A stretch of DNA of 20,000 nucleotides from an uncultured virus (IMG/VR IMGVR_UViG_3300028114_000011). Its lineage: Duplodnaviria; Heunggongvirae; Uroviricota; Caudoviricetes. Made by a program: the position numbers and the translations under genes. The stretch spans positions 53,542-73,541 of IMG/VR virus record IMGVR_UViG_3300028114_000011; one strand, given 5' to 3'. Of this stretch, positions 1 to 9,954 are shown piece by piece (the stretch's first letter is position 1; the number at the start of each line of letters is the position of its first letter). Below the pieces are notes generated by a model. That model searched no databases. It was given only the letters and a program-made list of their open reading frames with translations, and had not been told where the DNA came from.

Positions 1-644
1 ATTTGTGACGCTACGTTGTTTTGTGAATCACCTGTTGCAATAAAATCATAACTAACAGGTATTCCTGACCAAATACCACCTTGTGGTGTAAAAGTAAAAT
101 TACCTTGTAAATTGGAAATGGTCACACCCGTCAAAGGGACAGTAATTGGTTTTTGAATAACCGTCATTCCAAATGTGTTTTGACCTGAAAAGGTTATAGT
201 ATAATCACCAGGTGTTGTCGGATATAAATGATTTAGTGGTTGGTTTGAAACTTGTTGTGTTGGGCTACCGTCCCCCCAATCAACAAAGTAATTTGAAAGA
301 CTTATAAAAGATATTTCAATATCCCCCGATGTGTTATAGAAATATACATCATACGGACTTAAAGTATTTGCAGAAAAAACAAAGTTTGCTAATACATCTT
401 TTTGTAATAATAATCCGTCAAATTCACTATAAAATCCAATGTCATTCATTGTTTGGGTTAACATTATAGGAATTGTTAACCCTGTAAGTAAAGAAGTTCC
501 ACCTGTACCACCACTTAAAATATAAGACATACCAGAATAGACACCAAACGTTTCAAGTCCTGTGTCACCACTATAAGTTTCTGTAAAAATATCTGATAAG
601 ATATTTTCAGGAGAAACAACTATTGAATATTTTTCAGCCTCCAT
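1..644 (-). CDS. Putative virion structural/tail-associated protein with a PKD-like (Ig-fold) domain; partial, runs off the left edge
   Basis: Not in the ORF track; translated by hand. ATG at 644-642 overlaps the upstream TAA (TAATG) and the frame is open to base 1: MEAEKYSIVVSPENILSD...YFVDWGDGSPTQQVSNQPLNHLYPTTPGDYTITFSGQNTFG... The DWGDGS...HxY..PGxYTI pattern is the PKD domain signature. Confidence 0.8.
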   Translation of the reverse strand, partial: MEAEKYSIVVSPENILSDIFTETYSGDTGLETFGVYSGMSYILSGGTGGTSLLTGLTIPIMLTQTMNDIGFYSEFDGLLLQKDVLANFVFSANTLSPYDVYFYNTSGDIEISFISLSNYFVDWGDGSPTQQVSNQPLNHLYPTTPGDYTITFSGQNTFGMTVIQKPITVPLTGVTISNLQGNFTFTPQGGIWSGIPVSYDFIATGDSQNNVASQ

Positions 645-1495
645 TATGGGTTTCCGTATTCATACCATTTTATGACATTAGTCGTATCACCAACTCTTAA
701 TAATGTTGGTGCTTGGTTTTGTTGTGGAATTTCTTTATAAACTTGGTATTCATAATTTGTAAAATCTAACTCCACTTTGTAGTAAAAGTATTGGGATTTA
801 TTAAAGTTAAATTCATTTCCTGCAGAAAATGTAGATTGTGGTTCATTCATAAATCTAACAAACTGACCGGTTTTTGCGTTAAAAAACTTTGCAGTCATAT
901 AAAATTCTGTAATATTAATAAAATCTCTTTCTTTTAACCAATAGATAAAAAACCCCTCTTTATCAGCCCCTGTGTAATCTAACTTAAACTTTGGTTTTTT
1001 AACATTTACTTGGGTTTGATTATTTAAAGGACCTAAAAACCCAACTCTTGTTTGTCCTTGTTGTGTTGGAATTACAACACTAAAATATGCTTTTTGATTT
1101 TCATTTGTTTTTGTATCATAAAAATCTAATTTGAAAAAACTACCTTTAAAAGAGTTTACAAAATAATATAATTCAGGGTCTGTAAATGTTGCATTTGCAT
1201 AATCAACGGACCAATCACTTGAAGTTGCTGAGGTAACTTGTACGGTTGAATCTAAAAAATAAAACTCATAGTTTATATCAGTTTTATCGGGTGTTTGTAA
1301 GTAAGATGTATTTGCAAATCTTGTAGTTTCAAAATCATCAATACCATTTATCAAATCTTGTAATATATCTTTTTCAAATTCAACTATACCATCATTTCTT
1401 CCTGCCATATCAAAACTTATTTCAACAGGAATATTAAAAAATGTGTCTTCCGGTGTTACACTAAATCTATAGTAGTTATTATTCACAATCGTCAT
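644..1495 (-). CDS. Hypothetical protein, probably a virion (baseplate/tail) component, 283 aa
   Basis: Long ORF coupled to both neighbours, aromatic/beta-rich, in the baseplate operon. No motif recognised. The start may instead be the GTG at 1486 (MNNNYYRF). Confidence 0.7.
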   Translation of the reverse strand: MTIVNNNYYRFSVTPEDTFFNIPVEISFDMAGRNDGIVEFEKDILQDLINGIDDFETTRFANTSYLQTPDKTDINYEFYFLDSTVQVTSATSSDWSVDYANATFTDPELYYFVNSFKGSFFKLDFYDTKTNENQKAYFSVVIPTQQGQTRVGFLGPLNNQTQVNVKKPKFKLDYTGADKEGFFIYWLKERDFINITEFYMTAKFFNAKTGQFVRFMNEPQSTFSAGNEFNFNKSQYFYYKVELDFTNYEYQVYKEIPQQNQAPTLLRVGDTTNVIKWYEYGNP

Positions 1496-3194
1496 TTATT
1501 ATCTGTTGATATTCATTAGAGAATGTATTGTTGTTTCTTAGTATTGGGTACTGTAAAAATATGCAGTTTAAAAATGGGTAATGGGAACCATTTATAAATG
1601 GATTATTAACACCAATACCATCACTATCAATAAACCCATAGGTGTATAAATCCCTCCAAAACCATTTATTATTGTATTGACTAAACCAAGAATATCCAGG
1701 TATTCCTACTACAGATTTTTTATCACCATTTTCAATATAATCACTAAACGCTCTAATTGGTATAGAATAGTGTGGATTATACAAGTAACCATCAGGATAG
1801 TTTTGATTACCTGTTGTTAAAAACAATATGTCATTAAATGAGTACTTATGAACCATTCTTGATAAAACATATTCTTTTTGTTCTATATAGTTGTACTCAC
1901 AAAAATCCCCTGAAATAACATCACCCTGATTTAATATATCGTTATAATAAAAAGTTTGACCGTTATATAAATAAGAAGAAGTGGGAATGTTATCTTTATT
2001 CAAACTACTACTGTGATTCCACCACGTATCTATTGAGTTTTCTAAAAAGTTAAAGTTCCAACCAATATCAATACCACTTGGTATACTATTTTGATTTGGG
2101 AATGGTTTATTAAACCACCCCATATAACCTCGGTTAATAATGGTAAAAAACAATTCGGTGATTGGTTTTCCATTATTGTCAATATACCCCCCAATTTTAA
2201 CATCCTTATCAAATGTGAATGAAAAACTTTGTGAATTATTTTTTACCGAAACTCTTTGTACTTGGTTTGGTGTAAGTGCTGAGTATTCTAATTTTTTATC
2301 AATTGCAAAAGGGTTATTTTCAAATCCAACTTTACCTACATTGCATTGCTCACTATTTTTTATTATTTTATGTAATCTTACATAATATATTGATTTTGTT
2401 TCCGCAGAGTTTGCAGGTTCAGTTATTCTTTTTAGGTTTCCGTAAATACCTGTCTGAACATCAATGGTAGGGTATTTTAAATCATAAATTGTAAAAACTT
2501 TTTCTTCTGAATTAATAGTACCATCACCCAAAGAATAAACTTGAAATACTGTTTTGTTATTTATTGGTGTTGATAGTTCAACGTATTGACCCACTTGTAA
2601 GTTATGAATTGTACCACAATAAAAATATACAAGTTGTTTTCCATTAAATTTACCTGTTGTTAATACATAAGGTATTCCATCACCCGCCAAAAAACCACTA
2701 TTAGTAACACCAAACTTTTCATCAGTATATGACATAGTTTGAGCCGTTGTACTTGAAAATGCATAACTCATATAAAACGACCAATTATATGATGATGCAC
2801 TTTTAGTGACAAACGGAATATGTCCAGTAATCCCACTAACTCTTACCATAGAAAACTCATCAAATTGAGGATTTCCTTCCCAAAAGTTTGCGTTATTTGT
2901 TGCATTTGCAATAGCATTTGTATAATACAAATAATTTTTAAATGGGGTATATGAAGTTTTACCTGTTACTGTATTATCAAACACATTTGTGATTTTACCT
3001 GCAACTCTAAACTTATCACTTGATTGTCTTTCTTGGTCAAAAATATTTTGTTGGTTTACAAGAATACTTCTATCCCCTTCAATTAACTCCCTTCTATCCC
3101 CAATTAAAGGTGGTTGTATCCAAACATCTCTGTCAACACTTCCGGCACTTCTTTCAGACCCAAGTACAATTCTTATTTCACTTTCGTTAGACAT
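1479..3194 (-). CDS. Hypothetical protein, probably a baseplate/tail structural protein, 571 aa
   Basis: Long ORF overlapping the upstream stop by 8 nt (ATGTCTAA); N/Y/F/G-rich composition; contains HNLQVGQYVEL, resembling the HGLxxGDxV beta-barrel motif of phage tail proteins. Function inferred from context. Confidence 0.7.
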   Translation of the reverse strand: MSNESEIRIVLGSERSAGSVDRDVWIQPPLIGDRRELIEGDRSILVNQQNIFDQERQSSDKFRVAGKITNVFDNTVTGKTSYTPFKNYLYYTNAIANATNNANFWEGNPQFDEFSMVRVSGITGHIPFVTKSASSYNWSFYMSYAFSSTTAQTMSYTDEKFGVTNSGFLAGDGIPYVLTTGKFNGKQLVYFYCGTIHNLQVGQYVELSTPINNKTVFQVYSLGDGTINSEEKVFTIYDLKYPTIDVQTGIYGNLKRITEPANSAETKSIYYVRLHKIIKNSEQCNVGKVGFENNPFAIDKKLEYSALTPNQVQRVSVKNNSQSFSFTFDKDVKIGGYIDNNGKPITELFFTIINRGYMGWFNKPFPNQNSIPSGIDIGWNFNFLENSIDTWWNHSSSLNKDNIPTSSYLYNGQTFYYNDILNQGDVISGDFCEYNYIEQKEYVLSRMVHKYSFNDILFLTTGNQNYPDGYLYNPHYSIPIRAFSDYIENGDKKSVVGIPGYSWFSQYNNKWFWRDLYTYGFIDSDGIGVNNPFINGSHYPFLNCIFLQYPILRNNNTFSNEYQQIINDDCE

Positions 3195-6100
3195 CTTGGT
3201 TTAATATATACGCTTTAATGTATCTGTTAATGGCACTTTTACCTTTATTCAAACCAAAATAAAAATGGTTTGGTCCCCCAACAATAAATGACTGTTGTGT
3301 ACCTGCCGGCCAGTTTGGATTTGCCAATCCTTGTGGTGTTTGATTGTAAATATAACCTCGTCTTCCTGTTGTTGATGGATTAAAGTATGGTGTTGTTGGG
3401 GGGTTAAAACTAAAGTTTTGGTATAGTTGTGAGTAAAACCCACCATTAGATAAAACATTAGTATTCCAATCATTTGTATCTGAACCAAATATTGATGATG
3501 TTGTGGTTGATGACCATTGATATGTTGGTACTAGTTGGGTATTTGGATACCCAAAATAATTTGTAAGTGTTGGTGTAAATGTTTGAATACCAGGACTCAA
3601 TGTTAATCTATTAACGGTATTTGAACTAAAGAATATACCCATTAAAGCATCACCTGTACCAAGGTATAATTCATTATCTGAATAATTATCTTCATCAAAT
3701 TCTTCAATCCCATATTCAGAATTTATTGAAAACATTTGTGCAACATCCCCATCAATTCTGTCTTCACTTCTTGAAAACATTCTGTTTATTGATGCATCAC
3801 CTAAACCTAAAACTTGTCCCCAAAAGTTTGAATTTATCAATCTTGAAATAATGAATAACTGTAAAATTTCAGAAGTGTCATTATACGATGTACTTTTTAT
3901 TGACTCAATTAAATAACCTTCAAAGTTAGGGTTAGTACAAATTTCTTTTGTAAATTCATCTCTTGGTCCTAAATCCATTATGGTTGTAGGGAAAAATAAA
4001 TTACGAACATTCATTCCCTTAAAGTTTGCATCTTGCAAAGTTGGGCTTGCAAATGTTCCTTGTCTTGGTTTTTGACCAATAAATTTAGTTCCATCGTAAA
4101 TCGCACTTCTATAAAAAAGTGAATTCGTTGTTCCACGAGTATAAAATATTGGTCCTTGATATGGTCTTAATGTACTATCAGGTGTTCCACAAAACTTATA
4201 CTTTTTTGGTTGTCCTGTAATATTGAAAATTGTTTGTTTTTTTAACGAAAACATATATAGTGAACCATTCACCCAATTGTTTTGAAACACTTGTGAAAAT
4301 ATACCTCTACACGCAGCAAACACCATTCTAAATCTTGTCTTCCATTCAAAGAAGTAAGTAATGTCTTTTGGTATTGAAACAATAAGTGGGTTATCAACAA
4401 ACTTATAACATCCCCCCGACATTCTTTTGCCGTTAGGGTTTTCACTACAAGGATTTTGAACAGAAAATGAGGTTCCTCCCCCTTGATAACATTTAAGTAC
4501 TGTCATATTTTCACAACTTAATGAAGCCAAGACTGTACTTGAAACTTGACTTGGAGTATCTCCTGTCAAATCTTGAGCATTGTTTGTGGTATCACCGGGC
4601 CCATTTGTTGTTGGCGCCAACGCCGTTCCACCTTCTTCATCAACAGCATAAACTGAAAAGTTGTCATTTAAAAATAAACTAAATGAACTATTACCACTTA
4701 CTTCTGTTATATCTGAAGTTGGTAATCTATCAGACCTAAATACAATGTTTAATGAGTTAGATACTGATATATTAGAAACCGCTGTTGTGTGGTAAGCCGG
4801 GGAATAAACTCTTGTTGTTGTAGTTGCAACATTTATTGGGGAACCTGGAGTTGCATTTGAAGCAATTAATGAACCACCTTCAATATTACCTTGAGGACTT
4901 AATACCCCATTTGTCCATTGGAACGCCAACTTATTGTTACCAACACTTGGTTGAATATTAGAGTACACACCAGGTGTTGATGTAAAATACCCTAAATTAA
5001 CAACGTCACTGTTATAAGACTTAAATGAACTTTGTGATTTATCGGTTGAGTTGTAGTAATATGGTGCATTGTTTGTAAATGCAGTAAATAATGTACTATC
5101 AGGTGTAAAACCAAAAGGTGGGTGATAAAGAGTCGCATTATTGTTATTTGATACTGAATGTGATTCAGGGGTTTTATAGTCATTAAACCATGCACCACTT
5201 CCTGAGTTTTGTTGTATTGGGACGTTCAAGTAATAACTTCCTTCAACAAAAGGACCTGTACCTAAGTTAAAACCAAAAATTTTAGATAAGTCGTATTTAA
5301 TATTTTGTTTTTCGGTGTATGGGTCAGTACCTCTTGTCAAAAATATTACTTCATAATTTGCAAAATCATCAATGAACTTAATTGGGAATACATAATCACA
5401 TTGTTGTGGTAAAATTCCATAACAGAACCTTTGTGTTTTTTTGAATAGGTATTTGTTTAATAAACCACCAGTTGTATTTGTAAGTCCTGAAAACTGTGTT
5501 ACAGTCCCCCCTGTAATTACTTGGAAATATTCAACACCGGCAGGGAATTTGTAATCTTTACCATCTTCAGATATTTTCAACTTTAAGTTTACGGTTTGCT
5601 GTGTACCTCCTTGTGTTATATAATTAACAGGGACTGTAACTAAACTTGAGGCATTGTAAGGTGTTGTACCTGTAATACTATTAGTATTAAATTGATTTGA
5701 ATTTGTAATTCCCGTTAAGTTAGGGTCATTGATTGAATCAGTGTCTTGGAATGTTAAAAGTTGTCCAGGTGGTAACCCATTGAATGTTCCACTATCAACA
5801 AATAACATCATAATACTATCTGTAAACGGCTGTGACGCATCTACTGTTGTCGTGTTAGGTATTGTGTTTCTAACTGTTGTTTGAATTAAGTTATCCCCAT
5901 CAAAATACCTTTGTCTTATATTTGCCAAGTTTAACGATTGGGATAATGTAACATCGTTTGCTAAAAATTTTATCCCTCCTTGAGCAGGAAACTCAGATAT
6001 TGGAGTTTTTACTAATTTATCATTATCATTTCCAAGATTTTGATATTGATATCCAGCCATAGCTTGAGCAATACCATTGTTAAATGCCGCTGGGTCGTTT

Positions 6101-8040
6101 GATGTGGACGATAAAATAGAATTGTACGTACTATAACTTACTGTTGAATTAGTATCACCCAAAGGACTATTATTTTCTGATGATATTGATACATTAGCAC
6201 TTTGTGCAAATCCACTTTGTGTATCATCTTCAGGTAAAGTTTCATCGGTACAAGGACACGCCTCACAATCAGGATATGATAACATTGGTAAAGATATTCT
6301 TTTAAAAATATTTTCTTTACCTAACTTTTTTATCGCTTCTTTTTTACATCCACCTTGTGGTCTAGCACCAAAAGTTATTGCTCTTATGGCTAAACAAATA
6401 CCATAGATAACAACGTTTATTACCCATATTAATAAATTTATGATGATTCTTAATATTGGGTAGATAAACGCCAATACGTGTAAAAGTATTATAAGAATTA
6501 TAAAAGTAGGGGTTATAATTATTGTTAATAAACTAAATAAAAAGAATATAAAATCAAAATTTCTAACACCGTCATTAACAGGGAATCTATTTGTTGTTGT
6601 TGTACACCTTCTATCTGTTATTTCTTTTATCCCTAAATGACGACTTCTATTGAACCCCCATTTCCATCTATCTATAAAATTTGCAACAGTATAAACTTTA
6701 TTAAAATTAAATTCATAGAATTTATCATCACAATTAACGGCCTCTTGAATCATTTGTTGACCAATAGTTGTGTTTACATCACCGTAGTCATCCCAATCAA
6801 GACTAAACGCATATGAATTTAACTGAGCTGTTAGGTCAGTAGGTGCATTCACATTTGCCGTTGTCCATCCCCATTCTTTTACATTAGGAACAAGATAATC
6901 GGCGCGTAATATACTGGCGTTCATACCATCTTCATTTTGGTATTGAATTCTAAATCTATATTTACCTTTTGTTGGTATACCCACGTTTGGGTCTGTTGAA
7001 AGTACTTGTTCTCCAAATTCATTTGTGGTTACGTAGTCTAAATTCATTGGCACGTTTGCCAACCAAGTACCATTATCGTCAATTATTTTTCCGCCTTCAG
7101 GTAAAGAGTACTGTTCTAAAGCGGGTCTACCGTTAATGTCGTAATTAATTGTTTGTCTGATTGCTAAAATTCTACCTTGACCTGTTACTAAATCACATAA
7201 ATTACCTGAATCTTTTTTTGGTTTACAGTTTGATTTTAAAAAGTCTTCTTCACTTGTTGAAAATAAAGAACCCATAAAAACGGCCTGTGGTGTGATTTCT
7301 ATACCTAAATCTCTTAAATCAAAATCAACTCTTGTAATACCAACATTACAAATGTTTTCTTCACCCCAAAAAGATGCAACATCAATATCTTTTTTCTGAC
7401 CAACTATTTGTGGTAATGAGTCCAAATCTGTTGATGCTTTAAGTTGGTCCCCATCAAATTGTTCAGAAGTCCCACGACCCAATCTAATTAAGTCTGCAGG
7501 TCTTAGTGAAAAACACCCAATATTAGAAAGGTCTAAATCTAAAACCGCTGTTTGAATTCCTAACGGAACCCCTACAATCATAAAGTCACCACTTTCATTT
7601 GTTTTGACAGTGTACTTATAATACTTTTCATAAACTTCTAATACTTCTTTTCGTTTCAGAACATCTTCAACATCAGGAAATGTACCTGTTGGGGTGTGAC
7701 CTCCGTATTCTTTAACGTATGGAAGTAAATTATATCTAAACCCATCTTCATTTTTTTGGTCAGGTCTTTTGTATGGATATAATGTAGACACTATAGGGTC
7801 ATTTTCATCAACAGCGTCTAAAGGTACGAATATTGAAACATTCGCATTTGGTACTCCGTAACCACCATTAACAATAACTCGGCCAGCAACAACACCATAA
7901 TCGGCACAGAATCTTGTGTACACATCTTCTTGTCTTAATTTTAGGGAAAGTATTTCCAAAAAATCGAAGTCTTGTGTGACGTTGATTCTTAGATTTTGGT
8001 CTTTTAGTGGTTGAGCCTTTAGTCTGTACGTCTTGGTCAT
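3187..8040 (-). CDS. Very large putative baseplate/tail protein (1617 aa) with an N-terminal carboxypeptidase-regulatory/transthyretin-like beta-sandwich and an internal hydrophobic segment
   Basis: 4.85-kb ORF directly downstream of the gp6-like gene. N-terminal GVVAGRV..GYGVPNANVSIF...VKTNESGDFMIVGVPLG pattern; residues ~495-558 almost entirely hydrophobic; T/N/S/G-rich middle; 21 Cys counted. Confidence 0.75.
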   Translation of the reverse strand: MTKTYRLKAQPLKDQNLRINVTQDFDFLEILSLKLRQEDVYTRFCADYGVVAGRVIVNGGYGVPNANVSIFVPLDAVDENDPIVSTLYPYKRPDQKNEDGFRYNLLPYVKEYGGHTPTGTFPDVEDVLKRKEVLEVYEKYYKYTVKTNESGDFMIVGVPLGIQTAVLDLDLSNIGCFSLRPADLIRLGRGTSEQFDGDQLKASTDLDSLPQIVGQKKDIDVASFWGEENICNVGITRVDFDLRDLGIEITPQAVFMGSLFSTSEEDFLKSNCKPKKDSGNLCDLVTGQGRILAIRQTINYDINGRPALEQYSLPEGGKIIDDNGTWLANVPMNLDYVTTNEFGEQVLSTDPNVGIPTKGKYRFRIQYQNEDGMNASILRADYLVPNVKEWGWTTANVNAPTDLTAQLNSYAFSLDWDDYGDVNTTIGQQMIQEAVNCDDKFYEFNFNKVYTVANFIDRWKWGFNRSRHLGIKEITDRRCTTTTNRFPVNDGVRNFDFIFFLFSLLTIIITPTFIILIILLHVLAFIYPILRIIINLLIWVINVVIYGICLAIRAITFGARPQGGCKKEAIKKLGKENIFKRISLPMLSYPDCEACPCTDETLPEDDTQSGFAQSANVSISSENNSPLGDTNSTVSYSTYNSILSSTSNDPAAFNNGIAQAMAGYQYQNLGNDNDKLVKTPISEFPAQGGIKFLANDVTLSQSLNLANIRQRYFDGDNLIQTTVRNTIPNTTTVDASQPFTDSIMMLFVDSGTFNGLPPGQLLTFQDTDSINDPNLTGITNSNQFNTNSITGTTPYNASSLVTVPVNYITQGGTQQTVNLKLKISEDGKDYKFPAGVEYFQVITGGTVTQFSGLTNTTGGLLNKYLFKKTQRFCYGILPQQCDYVFPIKFIDDFANYEVIFLTRGTDPYTEKQNIKYDLSKIFGFNLGTGPFVEGSYYLNVPIQQNSGSGAWFNDYKTPESHSVSNNNNATLYHPPFGFTPDSTLFTAFTNNAPYYYNSTDKSQSSFKSYNSDVVNLGYFTSTPGVYSNIQPSVGNNKLAFQWTNGVLSPQGNIEGGSLIASNATPGSPINVATTTTRVYSPAYHTTAVSNISVSNSLNIVFRSDRLPTSDITEVSGNSSFSLFLNDNFSVYAVDEEGGTALAPTTNGPGDTTNNAQDLTGDTPSQVSSTVLASLSCENMTVLKCYQGGGTSFSVQNPCSENPNGKRMSGGCYKFVDNPLIVSIPKDITYFFEWKTRFRMVFAACRGIFSQVFQNNWVNGSLYMFSLKKQTIFNITGQPKKYKFCGTPDSTLRPYQGPIFYTRGTTNSLFYRSAIYDGTKFIGQKPRQGTFASPTLQDANFKGMNVRNLFFPTTIMDLGPRDEFTKEICTNPNFEGYLIESIKSTSYNDTSEILQLFIISRLINSNFWGQVLGLGDASINRMFSRSEDRIDGDVAQMFSINSEYGIEEFDEDNYSDNELYLGTGDALMGIFFSSNTVNRLTLSPGIQTFTPTLTNYFGYPNTQLVPTYQWSSTTTSSIFGSDTNDWNTNVLSNGGFYSQLYQNFSFNPPTTPYFNPSTTGRRGYIYNQTPQGLANPNWPAGTQQSFIVGGPNHFYFGLNKGKSAINRYIKAYILNQDV

Positions 8041-8053
8041 TTATCGTTTTAAA

Positions 8054-8060
8054 ATAAATA
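8054..8060 (-). promoter_or_regulatory. TATTTAT motif upstream of the 1617-aa gene (candidate phage late promoter)
   Basis: Coding strand reads TATC-TATTTAT-TTTAAAACGATAA-ATG (13 nt before the ATG). The same heptamer precedes three other genes. Confidence 0.5.
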
Positions 8061-8114
8061 GATAATTTAGGTTTTTTATTAAAAACTAATAACCTTAAAA
8101 ATAAAATAAAGGAT

Positions 8115-9953
8115 TTAGTAGAAGTCTACAGTTCTTAGTTGTTTTACTCGAACATTAATATCTCTTGAATCAAACCTAATTTGATAAATTTGGTCCGGTT
8201 CTGCAAAGATAGTGTCGTCAATTAAAAGTATCTCTTTTGTATCTTTATTAGAATATCTTTGTGAAGTTTCAGATGAAGAATATTGACCACCAACTCTATT
8301 ATAAATTTTAAGTTCGGTTAATGTACTAACCCCTGCAGTATTTTGTATTATCCTTCTTATATCAGACACATTCACATTTTGACCTAAGTCTCTATTTTGT
8401 GGGTTCATATATGTTGACACTTGGTCAATAATTTGTGTAATAATTTGACTTTGAGCTGTGTTATTTTCTATAACTACCGAAATTTCAAACTCTAAATCAA
8501 TTACTTTAGCAACATCGATTGATATGTAGTCATTAATCATTCTGTATTTAGAAAGATAGGTTGCTAAATTTGTTTTCAATGCGTTTGGTACTGTTTGAGT
8601 TAAATTACCTTCAGAGTCGTAAGATAAAATTTGTACAGTAACTTTATTATTATTTTCGGTAATTGCAACCTTTGCAGGTGCTCCAAATTTACCAGGCATT
8701 GTATCAATCAATGATTTATAATCATTTACAGTTACCGCTCTTTTTTGGGATGCAAAATTAAACGAAACCATATTTCTTACTTCTTCAACGGTTGGTTGGT
8801 TAGCACCCCCAACAGCACTTGTAATATTATTAACTTTCAGTGATTGTATAACACTTTGATTAATTTGTGTTGACGGTCCATTTACTGCGAAATCTATTAA
8901 ACCAACTTGATTTATTGCACCAACTCCAACATTTGATGCAGTTCCACCACCCACACGATATTGAACAAATAGTGTTGAATTAGGTGTTACTGTTAACCCC
9001 AATCCAATGTTATTTTGGTAATTTTGTATTTTAAGTGGAGTTCCTAAATTTGCAAATAGTTGTAACTGTTGGTTTGGTGTGGTTGTTGCCGCTCCAAATT
9101 GTATTTTCATATACCCTTCAGGTGTATATTCACTAATAAATCTATTATCTGTTTTAATGTATCTACCAACTTTTATACCTGCGTTATCTATAGGTTTAGT
9201 TGTATCTTCAATAAAAATAGTATCTTCGGCTAACGCATCAACTTCGTACCATTTATTATTACTTGTGATAAACTCCGCATTTGTTGGTGTTGATTGGTAT
9301 TGCGTTCCGTCTTTTTGAATAATTGTTGTTATTGACAATACATTTTTTTCAGGTAGAAAAAAGTTATAAAAAGGGACCACGTCAGCAGCATTAACAACCT
9401 GTTTATAAACTTTTGTTGCACCATTAACAACAACTTCTCTTTTGGTGATAATATAACTTATTATTTTGTTGTTCGCATCAAATACGGGCACTTTCGTTCT
9501 ATTGTTAAATCCTTCGTTATTATATTGTGTTGAAAAATCAATGTCGTACACTGTTTCAAAAATTTGACCTCCACCATTAAATTGAGCACCTGTTCTTAAA
9601 ATACCCAAATATCTACTATCTTCATTGTCACCAAAAGCGGGAACTTGAATTGATACCTCAACTAAAGCAACAGAGGGTCTAAATCCTGGTATTTTTAAAC
9701 CGTATGTTCTTGCGATATTGAATACCGAAGACCTTTGTTGAGCGTATTGTAATACTGTTTCTTGTATACTTCGGTCTATGTGAAAATGTAAGTTATCTCC
9801 AATGGCAGCATTTAAATCCATCAACACTGAAAATATTGATGCATCATTAAAGTTTTGAATTATATCTGGATAATATTGTTGGGTATAATTTATTAGGTCC
9901 TTTCTTAGACTTTCAAAATCCCTACTTGTATAATTAATTTTTTGTGTAGCCAT
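8115..9953 (-). CDS. gp6: Baseplate wedge protein, T4 gp6-like (baseplate J superfamily)
   Basis: N-terminal NYTSRDFESLRKDLINY...FNDAS.FSVLMDL.A...LHFHID...E..L..AQQRSSV..IA...G; later VQYRVGGG...NV and QKRAVTVNDY motifs typical of gp6/baseplate J; adjacent to gp25. Confidence 0.88.
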   Translation of the reverse strand: MATQKINYTSRDFESLRKDLINYTQQYYPDIIQNFNDASIFSVLMDLNAAIGDNLHFHIDRSIQETVLQYAQQRSSVFNIARTYGLKIPGFRPSVALVEVSIQVPAFGDNEDSRYLGILRTGAQFNGGGQIFETVYDIDFSTQYNNEGFNNRTKVPVFDANNKIISYIITKREVVVNGATKVYKQVVNAADVVPFYNFFLPEKNVLSITTIIQKDGTQYQSTPTNAEFITSNNKWYEVDALAEDTIFIEDTTKPIDNAGIKVGRYIKTDNRFISEYTPEGYMKIQFGAATTTPNQQLQLFANLGTPLKIQNYQNNIGLGLTVTPNSTLFVQYRVGGGTASNVGVGAINQVGLIDFAVNGPSTQINQSVIQSLKVNNITSAVGGANQPTVEEVRNMVSFNFASQKRAVTVNDYKSLIDTMPGKFGAPAKVAITENNNKVTVQILSYDSEGNLTQTVPNALKTNLATYLSKYRMINDYISIDVAKVIDLEFEISVVIENNTAQSQIITQIIDQVSTYMNPQNRDLGQNVNVSDIRRIIQNTAGVSTLTELKIYNRVGGQYSSSETSQRYSNKDTKEILLIDDTIFAEPDQIYQIRFDSRDINVRVKQLRTVDFY

Positions 9954-9954
9954 A

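Noticed and set aside
8066..8100. Weak inverted repeat between gp6 and the 1617-aa gene as a terminator
   Set aside because: The stem is almost entirely A/T with mismatches and is expected by chance at this composition.
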